A DNA stretch of 64,000 bases from Hypanus sabinus (taxonomy: Eukaryota), in the NCBI RefSeq assembly GCF_030144855.1, contig NC_082727.1, positions 35,402,001 to 35,466,000 of the forward strand, given 5' to 3'. Under the pieces are notes generated by a model. That model was not told the origin of the DNA. It made no database searches and worked only from the letters and a program-made list of their open reading frames with translations. Positions 1-12,700 of this stretch are shown here, piece after piece. The translations under genes were made by a program, and so were the position numbers. Each line of letters begins with the position of its first letter. Positions within the stretch are counted from its first letter, which is position 1.

Positions 1-268
1 GGACATCCATGGTGAAAATAAGATGCTCATGGCTAGAGAACTTGAAATCATTGAAAAGATCAAGAGTGTGTGAGGTGTCATGGATATAGGTGGGTAGGGA
101 CTGAACTGAGGGTGAGGGGTGTCGAGGTATGCAGATATGAGTTCTGTGGGGCAGGAACAAGCTGAAACAATGGGTCTACCTGGACAAGCAGGTTTGTGAA
201 TCTTAGGTAGAAGGTAGATATGCGAGGTGCGGGGTGTGCGAACTGAGAGGTTGGTGGTGGTGAAGATA
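1..268 (-). mobile_element. Penelope-like element RT fragment (same insertion as 58822-60685)
   Basis: Reverse strand encodes YLLPKIHKPACPGRPIVSACSCPTELIS. Confidence 0.85.
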
Positions 269-1962
269 AACATTTTCTTAATTTGGGATTTAAGTGGCGG
301 GAGAGAGAGTGAGAGCAGAGCAGTTATATTGACTACTAAGTTACCACCAGAAAGGAGAACAGTTATCCAAGCTGACCTCCGGTTTTCAGTCAAAGCGGTA
401 GAATTGGGACTCTTGACTCTGGGAAATGACAGGCTAATGCATTGTCTAATTTTCCTTCTGTTCACTCCATTGCCTCCCCACCTCCCCTTCCCTCCCCTCC
501 AACAAGGTGCTCTCACCCACCCCATACATTCTTGCCCTTTCATTTGCTTTTGACCTCTTTCTGAAGCTCTTCTCATCTAAGCTTACACTCTCCTCCTTTG
601 CCAGTTCTTCCTTCCACCACAACACCCCCCCCCCTCCGAATTCTCAGTTGCTCCCGGGAAGGTGGAGTTTCCAGGCACCTCACGTCTTGGTCTAGCCCAC
701 CAGAAAGGTGTTTGTGTTGTAAGCCATTGTTTAAGAACTGCTGGGTTAGGCAACTTCAGCTTTGCACTCTGCTGCCCCAAATGCTGCCTCATTTTGATTG
801 GAGCAAACAGTCCTTCTCATGGGTCCAATTCTGTCACACCACAGAGATGAGGTCTCGTGCTTGTCTTTGGTTTGCTGTCTAGTTGAGCAATATTGTGACA
901 TGAGCAATCCAATGTAACTGGTTAAAGATCTTCCTACTGGTTCAAAACGCCCTACTGATTCTATGAATATGCTCCAGTAAGAGCTGTGCATTTCTAAATC
1001 CTGACCAAACTGGGAATTTTCCTATCTGATGTGGTCAACATGGTATATTGGTTTGCTTAGAGGATACCAGAGGATGTTTTCCAGCTGATGAGGAACATAA
1101 AATACCTATTACTGTGTGCTGATGGGAGGGGTCATTGATTAGAAGGTACAACTGGAATCAGACTATTAATCCCTACCAGAGTTGATCAGAAACAAGGTTC
1201 ATTTTATTATTAGAGATAACATCCTGTAGCAGACCCTCCTGGCCCAGAGAGCCCGCACCACCCAATTATACCAGTGTGACCAATTAACCTACTAACCAGT
1301 ACATCTATTGAATGTGGGAGAATGTGGGAGCACTGAGAGGAAATTCACGTGGTCATGGGGAGAACATACGAACTCCATACAGACAGTGGCAGAATTGAAC
1401 TGGGGTCACTGGTTCTGTAATAGTGATATTATCGCTTATGTTAAAGAACATAAGAAAAAGGAACAGGAGTAGACTATCTGGCCCGTCGAGCCTGATCCGC
1501 ATTTCAATAAGATCATGGCTGATCTGACCATGGACTCATCTCCACCTACCTGCCTTTTCCCCATGACCCTTAATTCCCCAACTTTGCAAAAATCTTTCGA
1601 ACCTTGTCTTAACTATATTTACTGAGGTAGCCTCGACTGCTTCATTGGTCTTGTATGTAGTGAAATTTGCTGTTTTGTTGTTTGTCAGCAGTCTATTGCT
1701 AGACATAAAAAATGACTATATTACAAATAAATAAATCGTGCAAAAGAGGAATAGTGAGGTAGTCCATGGGTTCACGATCCGTTCAGAAATCTGATGGTAA
1801 AAGAGAAGAAGCCGTTCCTAAAACATTGTGTGTGTATCTTCGGGCTCCTGTACCTCCTCCCTGATGGTAGCAATAAGAGAGAGATTGTCTCCGATAAGAA
1901 CAAATCTAATTAAACTGCTGCCCTATTTCTCAATGTTTCTCGTCTGGATGATGGGTCTAGAT

Positions 1963-3004
1963 TAGCGGTCGCCAATCCGTCGATCGTGATCAACTGGTCG
2001 ATTTTTGAGACTTTCCCAGTAGATCCCGGGGAAAAAAAAAGAAGAAAAATAAATACACAAATACTGTTGAGAGTTTGTTTCCGGGTTGCGGGGTTTTAGT
2101 TCCGTTCTTTCCGCCCAGTGCGCATGCGTGTAGCTCCCTCGCACTACACAATGTTATTCAGTGGTCCCCATCCACCGGGCCACAAGGAAATGTTATGAGC
2201 CGGGTGCATCACTCCTCATTCCCTGTCATGCCCACTGTTGAACTTGAACCCACGCCAGGTCATTAGTCGCCTAAACACAGTGACACCCTTGTGCGGCCGG
2301 CACGAACCGCCAATATTATTGGCACGGAGCGCGGCCGGCGGGGTGAGCCGATGCTGCAGGCCTGGAGCGCGGACAGATGGGTGCCGCCTCTGAACCCATT
2401 TAGCACACCAAATGTGCGTGGGGAACCCTGCTAAAATATTCGCAGAAGGGCTCAGGGTTCCGTAAGTATCAGAGCAGCTACCTCGCTGCGATCTGCTGAA
2501 ACAAACTTTTGTTGGCCGATAGATCCTACAAAGAGGGCGGGCATGCTCCCTGTCGCACTCCTCACTCGGTCGGTCGCTCTCTCCGGACTGCGACCGCCGC
2601 GGCCTTGGCATGGGGACCTCCGGACCTTACCTTGCCCTCTCACCCCACCCATGACCAGCCGCACCTGGCCAAGGCATCTGGCAGTGGGCAGGCAGAGGCT
2701 GGAGTTCGGGCCGGGAGGCTGTCTAATGAGGCAATGAAGCCCTCAAAACTGCTTCGGTACCCTGAGTCCAAGCACCCTGCACTTAAAAACAAACCCGTTC
2801 AATTTTTTGAGCGGAAAAAAGGTGAGCAAGTGGGACGGAAGCTAAGTGCTGAGAGCCAGGTAAACTAAATTGCGGAATAGACTGGACATAAGGAACCTGC
2901 TTCGAGTATCGCTGTATTCCCGTCGTGTTTAACTTTTAACAAACAAAGAAGCCATTTTGCTTAACATACACAGTAACATAAAAGAAAGAAGAAACCCCCT
3001 TACA
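1963..3004 (+). mobile_element. hAT (Charlie/Buster-type) element, right end deleted
   Basis: TIR-like TAGCGGTCGCCAA follows the GTCTAGAT target. Transposase fragment LSNEAMKPSKLLRYPESKHPALKNKPVQFF. Absent from copy B. Confidence 0.85.
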
Positions 3005-3605
3005 CTTGTATGCATTGTGAATGCCCACAAGCAACTGAATCTGAGGACTGCGAATAGTTAACTTTGATAAATTTGCTTTGAACTTCCTCTTCTGCTGCTG
3101 GCTGTTTTACTTTGAATCAGTGAAAGTATCATAACCATATTCTATTTACCATGTTATCTTTATTTTGCAGATAAACAAAGATGTACTTTTTCACTCTTAA
3201 ACTGAGTCTAGCCTACTGCCTGTTGGGAGCTTCACAGCTGTTTTCTTCACAGTATTACAAGCCAGAAACAATCTACTTTTACCTGCTTACACTAAAATGA
3301 TGTGGCTTCTTAGAATAATCTGCTGCCCAATTTGCCCTCTATATATGGACATAGAAAAAGGGAAATTGTTTCTAGGGCAGTGGGTCTGCTGAATGAAGAG
3401 AGATTTGAGGTCAGGTAGTTTGTGTTCACTGGAGCTTAGAACAATGAAGGAGTCTCATTAAAATAAAATTCTGGCCCAAGTAGATGATTCGTGAGAGATG
3501 TTTTCCCTGGCTGATGTTTCTAGAATGAGAGCTTGCACGGCAAGAGATTTAGGATTGAGATAAGGAGAAATTTTGTCAGTAAACTTGTGGGATTTAGTAC
3601 CACAG

Positions 3606-4050
3606 CTCCCAGGACTGGACACCATCTATTCCTGCAGACTCAGGAGGAAAGCAATCAGCATAACCAGAGACACCACACACCGGGGCCACTCCCTGTTTGA
3701 CCCGCTGCCGTCCAGCACGAGGTTCAGGACACTAAAAGCCAGAGCAAATAGATTGAGGAACAGCTTCTACCCCAGAGCTGTGGCGTCCATCACACCACTC
3801 CCACAGAACAGTGACTGAAACTATGAGCACACACGTACACACACACAAGGACTCAAATACTTGCACTGACGGCACTTTGTGCATCACTGTGATATTCTGG
3901 TGCTGCTGCAATTTATTTTCTGCTACTTATCTATTTAATACTGTTTTTCTATTACTGTCTTGTTTTTATCTATTACTTTATTTAATTGCCTGAGAGGAAG
4001 CCAAACAGTTTCATTGTATCTATGTATAATGACAATAATGATCATTCATT
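3606..4050 (+). mobile_element. 5'-truncated Rex1/Babar-type LINE
   Basis: HSLFDPLPSSTRFRTLKARANRLRNSFYPRAV; (ATTC)n tail; CACAG TSD; absent from copy B. Confidence 0.85.
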
Positions 4051-5667
4051 CACAGAGGGTTGTCAATAGTGGACAATTGGCTCTAAGACCAATGTAGGTA
4101 AACTTCCAGGCACAAGAGGTACCACAGCTATGAGGAGAAGGCAGGAATGTAATTTTTGACTTAATGATGAGTCATGATCACAATGTATGGCAGGAGAGGC
4201 ATGAAATGCAGAACTCCTCTTTTCTATGTTTCTGGAAACAACTGTGGGTAAAAGATCAGTGGAGAAAGATAGGGAAGTAGAATTACTCCTGTATCAGTTC
4301 CAAAGGCTATCTCAGACATGTTCTTTATATTTTATGATACTAGAACTGTCAGGATTAAAGGCACATGAATCTACAGTATAGTGAATGAAGGCATATGGAT
4401 GTGAGAGGCAGAAGGACCTCATTAATACTTAGTTCAACACAACTTCTTGGGCCAAAGGGCATGTTCTAGTATTATTGCCCTGCATCTTGACTGTCATAGA
4501 ATATGCTATTTTTTTTTTCCTCTGCTAGATTATGTATTGCATTGTACTGCTACTACTAAGTTAACAAATTTCATGTCACATGCTGGTGATAATAAACCTG
4601 ATTCTGATTCTGACTGTGTAGAACAAATCCACACTTTGATATTAGTAACGTCAGAATGTGCAGTACTTTGTATGTGATTGCTGAAAAATTTTAACATGCT
4701 TTGTTTTCAAAAATAACACCCATGAATATTATTTAGATGTTTGATAAAGCGATGGAAGCCTTACGTCTATTTTTTTTACTAGATTTTGGAGATTTGGCTC
4801 TTTTTTTTTCAGTAGAATGCAGATTTGTATTCGTTGTGTGTAAAATATTGCCAAAATGTTCCTATAAGACATAGAAGCAGAATTAGGCCATTCAGCCCAT
4901 CGAGTCTGCTCCACCATTCTATCATGGCTGATCCTGGATCCCACTCAATCCCGCACACCTGCCTTCTCGCCATAACCTTTGTTGCCTTCAGCAATCAGGA
5001 AACTATCAATTTTTGCTTGAAGTATGCCAATGTGTCTGTCACAGTCTGTGGCAGATCATTCCACTGATTCACTACTCTCTGGCTAAAAAAAATCCTCCTT
5101 ATTTCTCTTCTAAAGGATCGCCCCTCAGTTTTGCCCTTTCGTTCTTGACACCCCCATCATAGGAAACATCCTCTCCACATCCATCTAGTCCTCTCAACAT
5201 TCTGTAAGTTAACATGCCTGTAAGAAGGCCGATTGGATGAAGAAATATTTGTACCCATTCAAGTTGAAACTCCTTTGATCTTTGTTACATAAATGCAGTG
5301 TTTACTAACTTTGCCAAATAGGGTTATGGTGAGAGATGAGATTTGAGCTGTTTGTAGCAATTGTATAATGAATCTCTTTTTATCCCAAAACTGCTTTAAG
5401 TTTGTAGAGATGTTGCAAATTAATGTAGTAAGAGATGGTTTAACATTATTGTGAAATTTATTTGCCATATTTACATGCTTTACCCATCACACTTTTCCAT
5501 GGTCTGTATTTGACTGTGGAAATGTCACTCATTCACAATCACTCCAGCACTGGTGTCCCTGTTATTGTAATGGTGCATTTATCTCCCCTTTCTCTTGAGA
5601 AGAAAGCTTAAAAGGTAGATAAAGAACAGAATTTCAAATGCTAGTTCCTCAAACAGGAAAGAATAAA

Positions 5668-6020
5668 TGTTAGGGAACACACAAAATGCTGGAGCAACTC
5701 AACAGGCCAGGCAGCATCTATGGAAAAAGTACAGTCGGCGTTTGGGGCAGACACCCTTCGGCAGGACTAGAGAAAAAAAGCTGAGGAGTAGATTTGAAAG
5801 GTGGGGGCAGGGGAGAGAGAAACACCAGGTGACAGGTGAAACTTGGAGGGGGAGTGATGAAGCAAAGAGGTAGGAGGTTGATTGGTGAAAGAGACAGAAG
5901 GCCATGGAAGAAAGAAACAAGTTTGAGGGGGAGGAAGAGCACCAGAGGGAGGCGATGGGTGGGCAAGGAGATAACATGAAAGACAGAAAAGGGAATGGGA
6001 AATGGTGAAGGGGCAGGGGA
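5668..6020 (-). mobile_element. Penelope terminal (pseudo-LTR) fragment
   Basis: Shares the tagatgctgcctggcctgctgagttcctccagcattttgtgtg terminus with the longer PLEs in the window. Confidence 0.75.
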
Positions 6021-6648
6021 AATCTACTTTAGACTAATAGAAATAAATTAAAATTTTATTATATTGATTTGCTTTTTGCCTAGAACTTGTTTGTTTTGTT
6101 GAGATACGGTGCAGAATGGGCCTTTCCGGCCCTTAAAGATGCACCACCCAGCAATCCCCTAATCTAACACTAGCCTAATCACAGGACAATTTACAATGAT
6201 CATTTAACTTAACAAATGGCCCACCTTTGGACTGTGGGTGCAAACTGGAGCACCCAGAGGAAACCCACGTGGAGAACGCGCAAACTCCTTACAGGCAGGG
6301 GCAGGGAATTGAACCCGGGCTGCTGGTACTGTAAAGTGTTGTGCTAACCACGACATCACCGTGCAGCGTGTTTCTTTCTTCAGGTTTGATTGTTGTAATA
6401 TCTTGTCTGTCATCAGATTCAGACAGATGGGCCTGTTTCCGAGATTTATCCCAGGCCTGGTGAAGGGTCTGGGCCCAAAGCGATGGCTGCTCTTTTCAAT
6501 AGATGCTGCCTGGCCTGCTGAGTTCCTCCACATTTTGTGTGTGTTCATTTGCTTTCCTTCCCCCTTTCAACATATAAATCTCAGTGCAAGTGATGTCATA
6601 TCCTTTCATAATTAATAATCCATTTTGTATGTTTCCTATAGAGTGAAG

Positions 6649-6747
6649 ATGACCCTACAATGCTTTGCACTGCTACTTCTAATGCAAGTTGGAGGTGCTT
6701 TGCAGCACAATAACGTAGATGTGGATCCCGAAGCATATATGGATATT
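6649..6747 (+). CDS. LIPA: Acid lipase first coding exon (signal peptide; exon begins at 6642)
   Basis: Acceptor ...cctatag, ATG at 6649, [33 protein letters not shown], donor GTAAGT at 6748, phase 0. Confidence 0.9.
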
Positions 6748-9700
6748 GTAAGTTGTATTCAAAGAAGGATACAGTGTTACTTTAGGTTTAAAATACTAGC
6801 CCAGTTAATGTTAATTCTACTCTATGAATATTTGTGTAGTCATTGTTACGGTTGCTTCTGAAAGTGATGTTTGTGCTGGAAAATAAAGCTGAAGAAATTC
6901 TGACACAATTGTTTTTCCCTAGTGTGCTACATTTGTGTATCTCTTCAAGATGTTAGTAACAGTTGTATAAAATGGATGGAGATGCTGGGCCATGCTGCCT
7001 GTTACCTGTAGAAAAATTAGACAAAGATCAAAATAAGCAGTTTCTGTTTTTGGGTTTTCTATGTTTTTTTTTTGTGTGTAAGACTGGCCTGAAACTGACA
7101 GTAATTATTTGCAAGATCTTTATAGCCAGCTTTTAAAGGGTTATGTCACAAATCAAGCAGTTCACTTCTAGATGAGGGAGTATTTTTTTCTATTAAATAA
7201 ATAGATATGTGATAATGCACAGAGGCTGGGTGATCGCCCATCAGGAATATGTTAAGGTGAGTGAAGACCAAGGCCCACAGACTGCATTTTTACAGGCAGT
7301 TTATTTTAGAGATGTGTGAGGTGTCATTTGAAGTTACTAATCCAATAAGGGGCACCGGATGCAGTTTGAATGCTGTATCTTAATTTTCTTGGGGAAAACG
7401 AGGCAAATAAAAGTGAGTTTATAGTGAATAAGTAGGAGCTGTCATTTTTCCAGAATGATTAATTTCAAAATCTCTCTCTTACATTTGGTGCCTTTTCAGG
7501 GGAAAGTTTATGCAAGAAAGCTGTAGTTAGTCAAACTGAAATGTCAGGAGTTGAATTTCCTAAACTAGAATCAAACAGTGGGAATGTGTTCTTCCACTCT
7601 GAGTGAGCTGAGTTTGAACTGTACAGATTTCTTTTCTAGAGCTGTGCAAAGGAATTTCCAGTCCAATGAACGTTGTGATGTTTTATCGCCAGTGCTGCTT
7701 ATTTGTAGCGTGCATGTAGCACACTGCATTATGCATTAAAATTGTCACCAAACCATAGAGTGCCAACCCCTCAATGTGTTCTTGATGCATGCAACTTCAA
7801 GCTTGAGCGAGGTTCATTACCACAAATCTTTCTGCTTCAATGAGATTGTACTGCTTATAGCAATTCTCGCTTTGTCTAGATTCATTATTCTTTGCACTTC
7901 CCATCACATTACCCTGACAATGGGCAACTTAAAGAATTTGAGATTCAATAAAATCTTTCAACTGTGCATCATTGGAGATGCACATGGTCTGAGAATTCCC
8001 TGCTCTTTGGCTGTGGTAATTCACTCAGAGCAGATTCCCCCTTTTCCAGCCCTGTATCTCTTTCACCAATCAACTTCCCAGCTCTTTACTTCACCCATCA
8101 ACCCCTCCCACTTTCACCTACCACCTTGTGTTTCTCCCTCCCCTCCCCACCTTTTAAATCTACCCATCATTTTTTTCCCCTTCAGACCTGCCAAAGGGTC
8201 TCAGCCTGAAATGTTGACAGTATTTTTTTCCACATATGCTGCCTGGCCTGCTGAGTTCCTCCTGCATTTTGTGTGTGTTGCTTGGATTTCAAGCATCTGC
8301 AGATTTTCCCTTGTTTGGAATTATTAAAATTCTCATTTTTATATAGAGCTGCACTTGTTATCAATCTCTGATTCAATTGAGTTCTTTTTAGATACCAGTA
8401 ATAACTAATTTATTAAAGCAAAAGAACCCTCACACTTTGCCCTGAAGCCATGCCCTGTACCAGCACACTCAGTGATTCTTCTATATTGGAGAGAAATCAT
8501 AACTGAGAAGCCTGAGCCTACACTCTTCTGTCACTGGCTTGTTAATGATGTCGTGGCAGACAAGGTGTAAGCTTACCTGGTAATTCTCCAGATGTCCTAG
8601 CCTGGGTTGCTTCGGGGAATTGTATGAGATAGAGGAAAATTGAGGTTAATGGAAAAATCAGCCGAGTTGGGTATAAGCCATAGAACATTAGAAAAATTGG
8701 ACCAAGGATTTATCAGGGAAGACCAGCAGGGGACATTGAAGGTCAGCTGAAGGTTCTGAGCAGAAGGACTGGGTGGAAAAGGAGAATGGCACATTATCTC
8801 GCAGTGGAAGGCACCCAATGTAAAGTGAGTCAATGCATATTAAATAATTATTAATGGTTAACTCTTATTATCTTCCGTGACTTACTTTTAATGAAAATGT
8901 TTTTAAAATCTTGTAAATTTTGGCAATCTGGCACAAAGACTCGACAACGCAAGCATCGTGTTCAAAGAAGCCGGCTGATTGATTTTTAATGTCTTTTACT
9001 TTCTCAGTGGTTCTAGTTTTGACTGGGCCTGCGTTTATCTGTTGTATTTTTTTTCATTACATGGGGTTCTTCTTACTAATTAACAAACTACCTTGTGCTG
9101 TCTGCTGTTCAAGTCCCAGCTGATCTCCTACCGTGGTTATCCCAGTGAAGAATATGAGGTGACGACTTCTGACGGCTATATCCTTTCAGTCAACAGAATT
9201 CCCTATGGAATTAATGACACTGTGGAAAGCAAAGGTAACTGCAGTTATAGTATTGGTGTCTTATTGAAGACATTTAAGTGTGATGTATTAGAGCGAAGAT
9301 TTTTATTTTAATATGCGGCTGTAAGAATGAGTGAGCCTTTATATGTGGGTGCTGCTTAAAGGGTGCAGGTAGAGAAAATTTGATAGATGTTTCGTGGTGC
9401 TCTTGGCTCAATTTTTAAGAGTTTATAGTATTGCTGTGATGAGTTATGGAGCAATACACCATCAATATTGGCCTTTTGGCCCAAACAATACATTGCCAAC
9501 CACAGTGCCCACCCAGCTCGTCTCAGTCTCCTGTAATCGGCCCATCTACATCTCTAACTATTGATATAACTGCAGCATAATGTCTGACCCCTATACTCAT
9601 TGCCCTGACTGATGATGTCCAGTGTGTTAAAAGGCCCTTTTCACCTCCGTGTGATGCTGTGTTAAAAGTTCAAAGTAAAATTTATTATCAGAGTACATAC

Positions 9701-12700
9701 ATGTCACCACAAAAAGAGATTCTTTTTCCTGCGGGCATACTCAGCAAATCAATAGAATAGTAACTGTAAACAAGATCAGTGAAAGAGCAAGAGCTTAGGA
9801 GACAACAAATGGTGCAAATGCAATTACAACTAAATAGCAATAAATAAAGTGAGCTTCAAATTTGAGTTCTTAAAGTGAGGTCATTGCTTGTGGGAACATC
9901 TCAATTGATGAGTGTAATTGTGCTCTTTTGTTCAAGGCCCTGATGGTTGAGTAGTAGTAACTGTCCTTGAACCTGGTTGTGTGAGTCCTGCAATCTCCTC
10001 TCTGGAGGATGCACTCTATCAGACCTTGGGGATTTATCCACCCTAATGTGTCATCTCGGATCGCAAGACCCTGCAGCGGATAGTGAGGTCAGCTGAGAAG
10101 ATCATCGGGGTCTCTCTTCCCACCATCATGGACATTTACACTACGCGCTGCATCCGCAAAGGAAACAGCATTATGAAGGACCCCATGCACACCCCTTACA
10201 GTCTCTTCTCCCTCCTGCTGTCTAGGAAAAGGCTCTGAAGCATTCGGACTCTCACGACTAGACTATGTACCAGTTTCTTCCCCCAAGCTATCAGACTGCT
10301 CAATACCCAGATCCTGGACTGACACCTTGCCCTATTGTCCTGTTTATTATTTATTGTAATGCCTGCACTGTTTTTGTGCACTTTACACAGTCCTGTGTAG
10401 GTCTGTAGTCTAGTGTAGCTTTCTCTGTGTTGTTTTTTTTTACTATGTAGTTCAGTCTAGCTTTAGTACTGTGTCATGTAAACCATGGTCCTGAAAAATG
10501 TTGTCTCATTTTTACTACATACTGTACAAGCAGTTATGGTCGAAATGACAATAAAAGTTGACTTGAGTTGATAAGCTGCAAACACCTCCATCCTGTTAAT
10601 ATGAGAGTACTCCAGAATATCTCTGCTTATTTCTCTTATCCCTTGAACAGCCATGATTTTCTCCTCCCTAAACTCCAAGAATATTCATAAAAAAAAACTC
10701 CCATCTCCTGTGGCCCAGGCAGAGGCAGCCCCATTGATCTCTAAAGGCAAACACGAGAAAGTCTGCAGATGCTGAAAAGAGACCTAATGAGGGACCTCGG
10801 CCCAAAATGTCGACTGTTTACTCTTTTCCATAGATGCTACCTGGCCTGCTGAGTTCCTCCAGCATTTTGTGTGTGTTGCATTTGATCTCTAAGGGGACCT
10901 ACTCTCCCTAGTCACCCTCTTACTCTTAATATAGCAAATTAACCTCTTGGGATTTTTCTCATACTTGCCTAGCAGATCTGTCTCATATCCTTATTTTTGC
11001 CTGATTCCCTTAAGTGTATTCTTAATCTTTTTATGGTTGTCAAGGAATTCACTCAATCCGGATTTTCTAAACTCAATATATGCTTCCTTTATCCTAATCA
11101 AAGCCTCAATATATCTTAGTAGCCAAGGTTCTCCAAACGTGCCAGATTACCCTTCATCCCAACAGGAACACACTGTTCCTGGGCACTTGCTATCACAGTC
11201 TTAAAGCCTACCCACTTGTCACTGTCCCATCCTTCATCAGCACTGATGAAGGGTCTCTGACCAAAACATTGACTCTACTGACTTGAAGGGAGCGAATACT
11301 TATGCAATAAATTGTGTTTATATTTGTAATTATATAGAGATCTGTTTTCACTTGGACTTGAAAGAGTCTTTTTCTGTTGATCAGTCTCAAAAAAAAAAGC
11401 CAAATTGAATCCACGGTGATTCAATGTTGTGTATATGTGTGGTGCAGAATATTTGACTGTTTGCATCAGGGCCTGGTATGGAAACAGCAATACCCTCGAA
11501 TGGAAAAGCCTACAAATAGTACTGGATGCAACCCGAAAAGAGGAACTGTTTACAGAACACACAGCTTGAAATTTAGCTGATGTTCTGGTTATTCCATTTT
11601 CAGAATCAGTGGCGCCAGCAGTCTATAAGTTGTGGGAACCAAGGCTATGAAGTAGTAGTCCCGTTTCATATTCTAAAACCAATTTGTATTTTTAGTATTG
11701 ACTGCTGAGAAAGAGTTACCGTATTCCTATCTCTTTGATGGAGCTGAGCTGTGCAAATGGAATGGTTTTCTGTTCATTATTTAGGAGAAGACTTGAGGCA
11801 TGGATTGGGGTATTTTGAGCATTCTGATCCATCCCCTGCTCTTAAGCATCACTGTGTAGAACTCAGACTCTCCAGTGTCTTACAGTGAAACTTTTAGCTG
11901 AACACCATTGTTTTGAGTGGTCTGGTATTACATCAGTGCAGGTTTGTATACCGTAAAGTATAATGATTTCCGAAGTTCTATCTGTTATTTTATAATTGTG
12001 GAATAGATCACAGGTAGTTTATGCAAAGCTTTGCATGGACTGCCATGGTAAAAATCTCATAACAGCAAGTGATCAAACAGGTGCTGAGCCCCTGAGTAGA
12101 TCTATTTTAGCATGTGATGTCATTACTCCAAATGGCATAAACTTCAATCTTTTTGTGCATTCCTTTATAAGATAAACAGTAAAATGTGCATTTAAAAAAT
12201 GAGTCCTTTACTTGCAACATGAGTGAATCTGCAGATGCTGGAGGTGAATGAAAACACAAAATGCTGGCAGATCTCAGCAGGCCAGACAGCATCTATGGGC
12301 AGAGGTAGTGACGACGTTTCGGACCAAAACCCTTCATCAGGAGTGAAGTAACATGGGGTGGTTGAGGGGGGATAAGAGGTGGGGGGAGGGATGCTGGGAA
12401 GTGATAGGCTGAAGGGAAATGGGCTAGGGGGAAGGTGGAGAATTATGGGAAATAAAAGAGAAGAGAAAGGTAGGGCTGGGGGGAGATTATAGTGAGGGGG
12501 GAAAAAGAGAGAAAGAGAACCAGACTAAAATTATAGATAGGGATGGGGTGGGGGGGGGGGCAGGGGTATCAATGGAGGTCTGTGAGTTGAACGTTCATTC
12601 CGGCAGGTAGGAGGCTACCTAGGCGGGTGATAAGGTATTGCTCCATTGACCTGCGTGCGGCCTCATCTTGACAGAAGAGGAGGCCATGGACAGACATGTC

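Larger units (their letters stand above)
1..4700 (+). repeat. Segmental duplication, copy A (lipase intron 1 region)
   Basis: Collinear with 60416-64000 apart from two copy-specific insertions. Confidence 0.97.

Noticed and set aside
227-991. ORFs conserved between the two copies (e.g. 227..553 and 60642..60968) as a novel gene
   Set aside because: Conservation is explained by the recent duplication. The ORFs overlap a Penelope fragment and low-complexity pyrimidine tracts, and downstream frames differ between copies.
1012-1022. NF-kB-like GGGAATTTTCC present in both copies
   Set aside because: A single short motif; its retention is expected from the overall copy identity.
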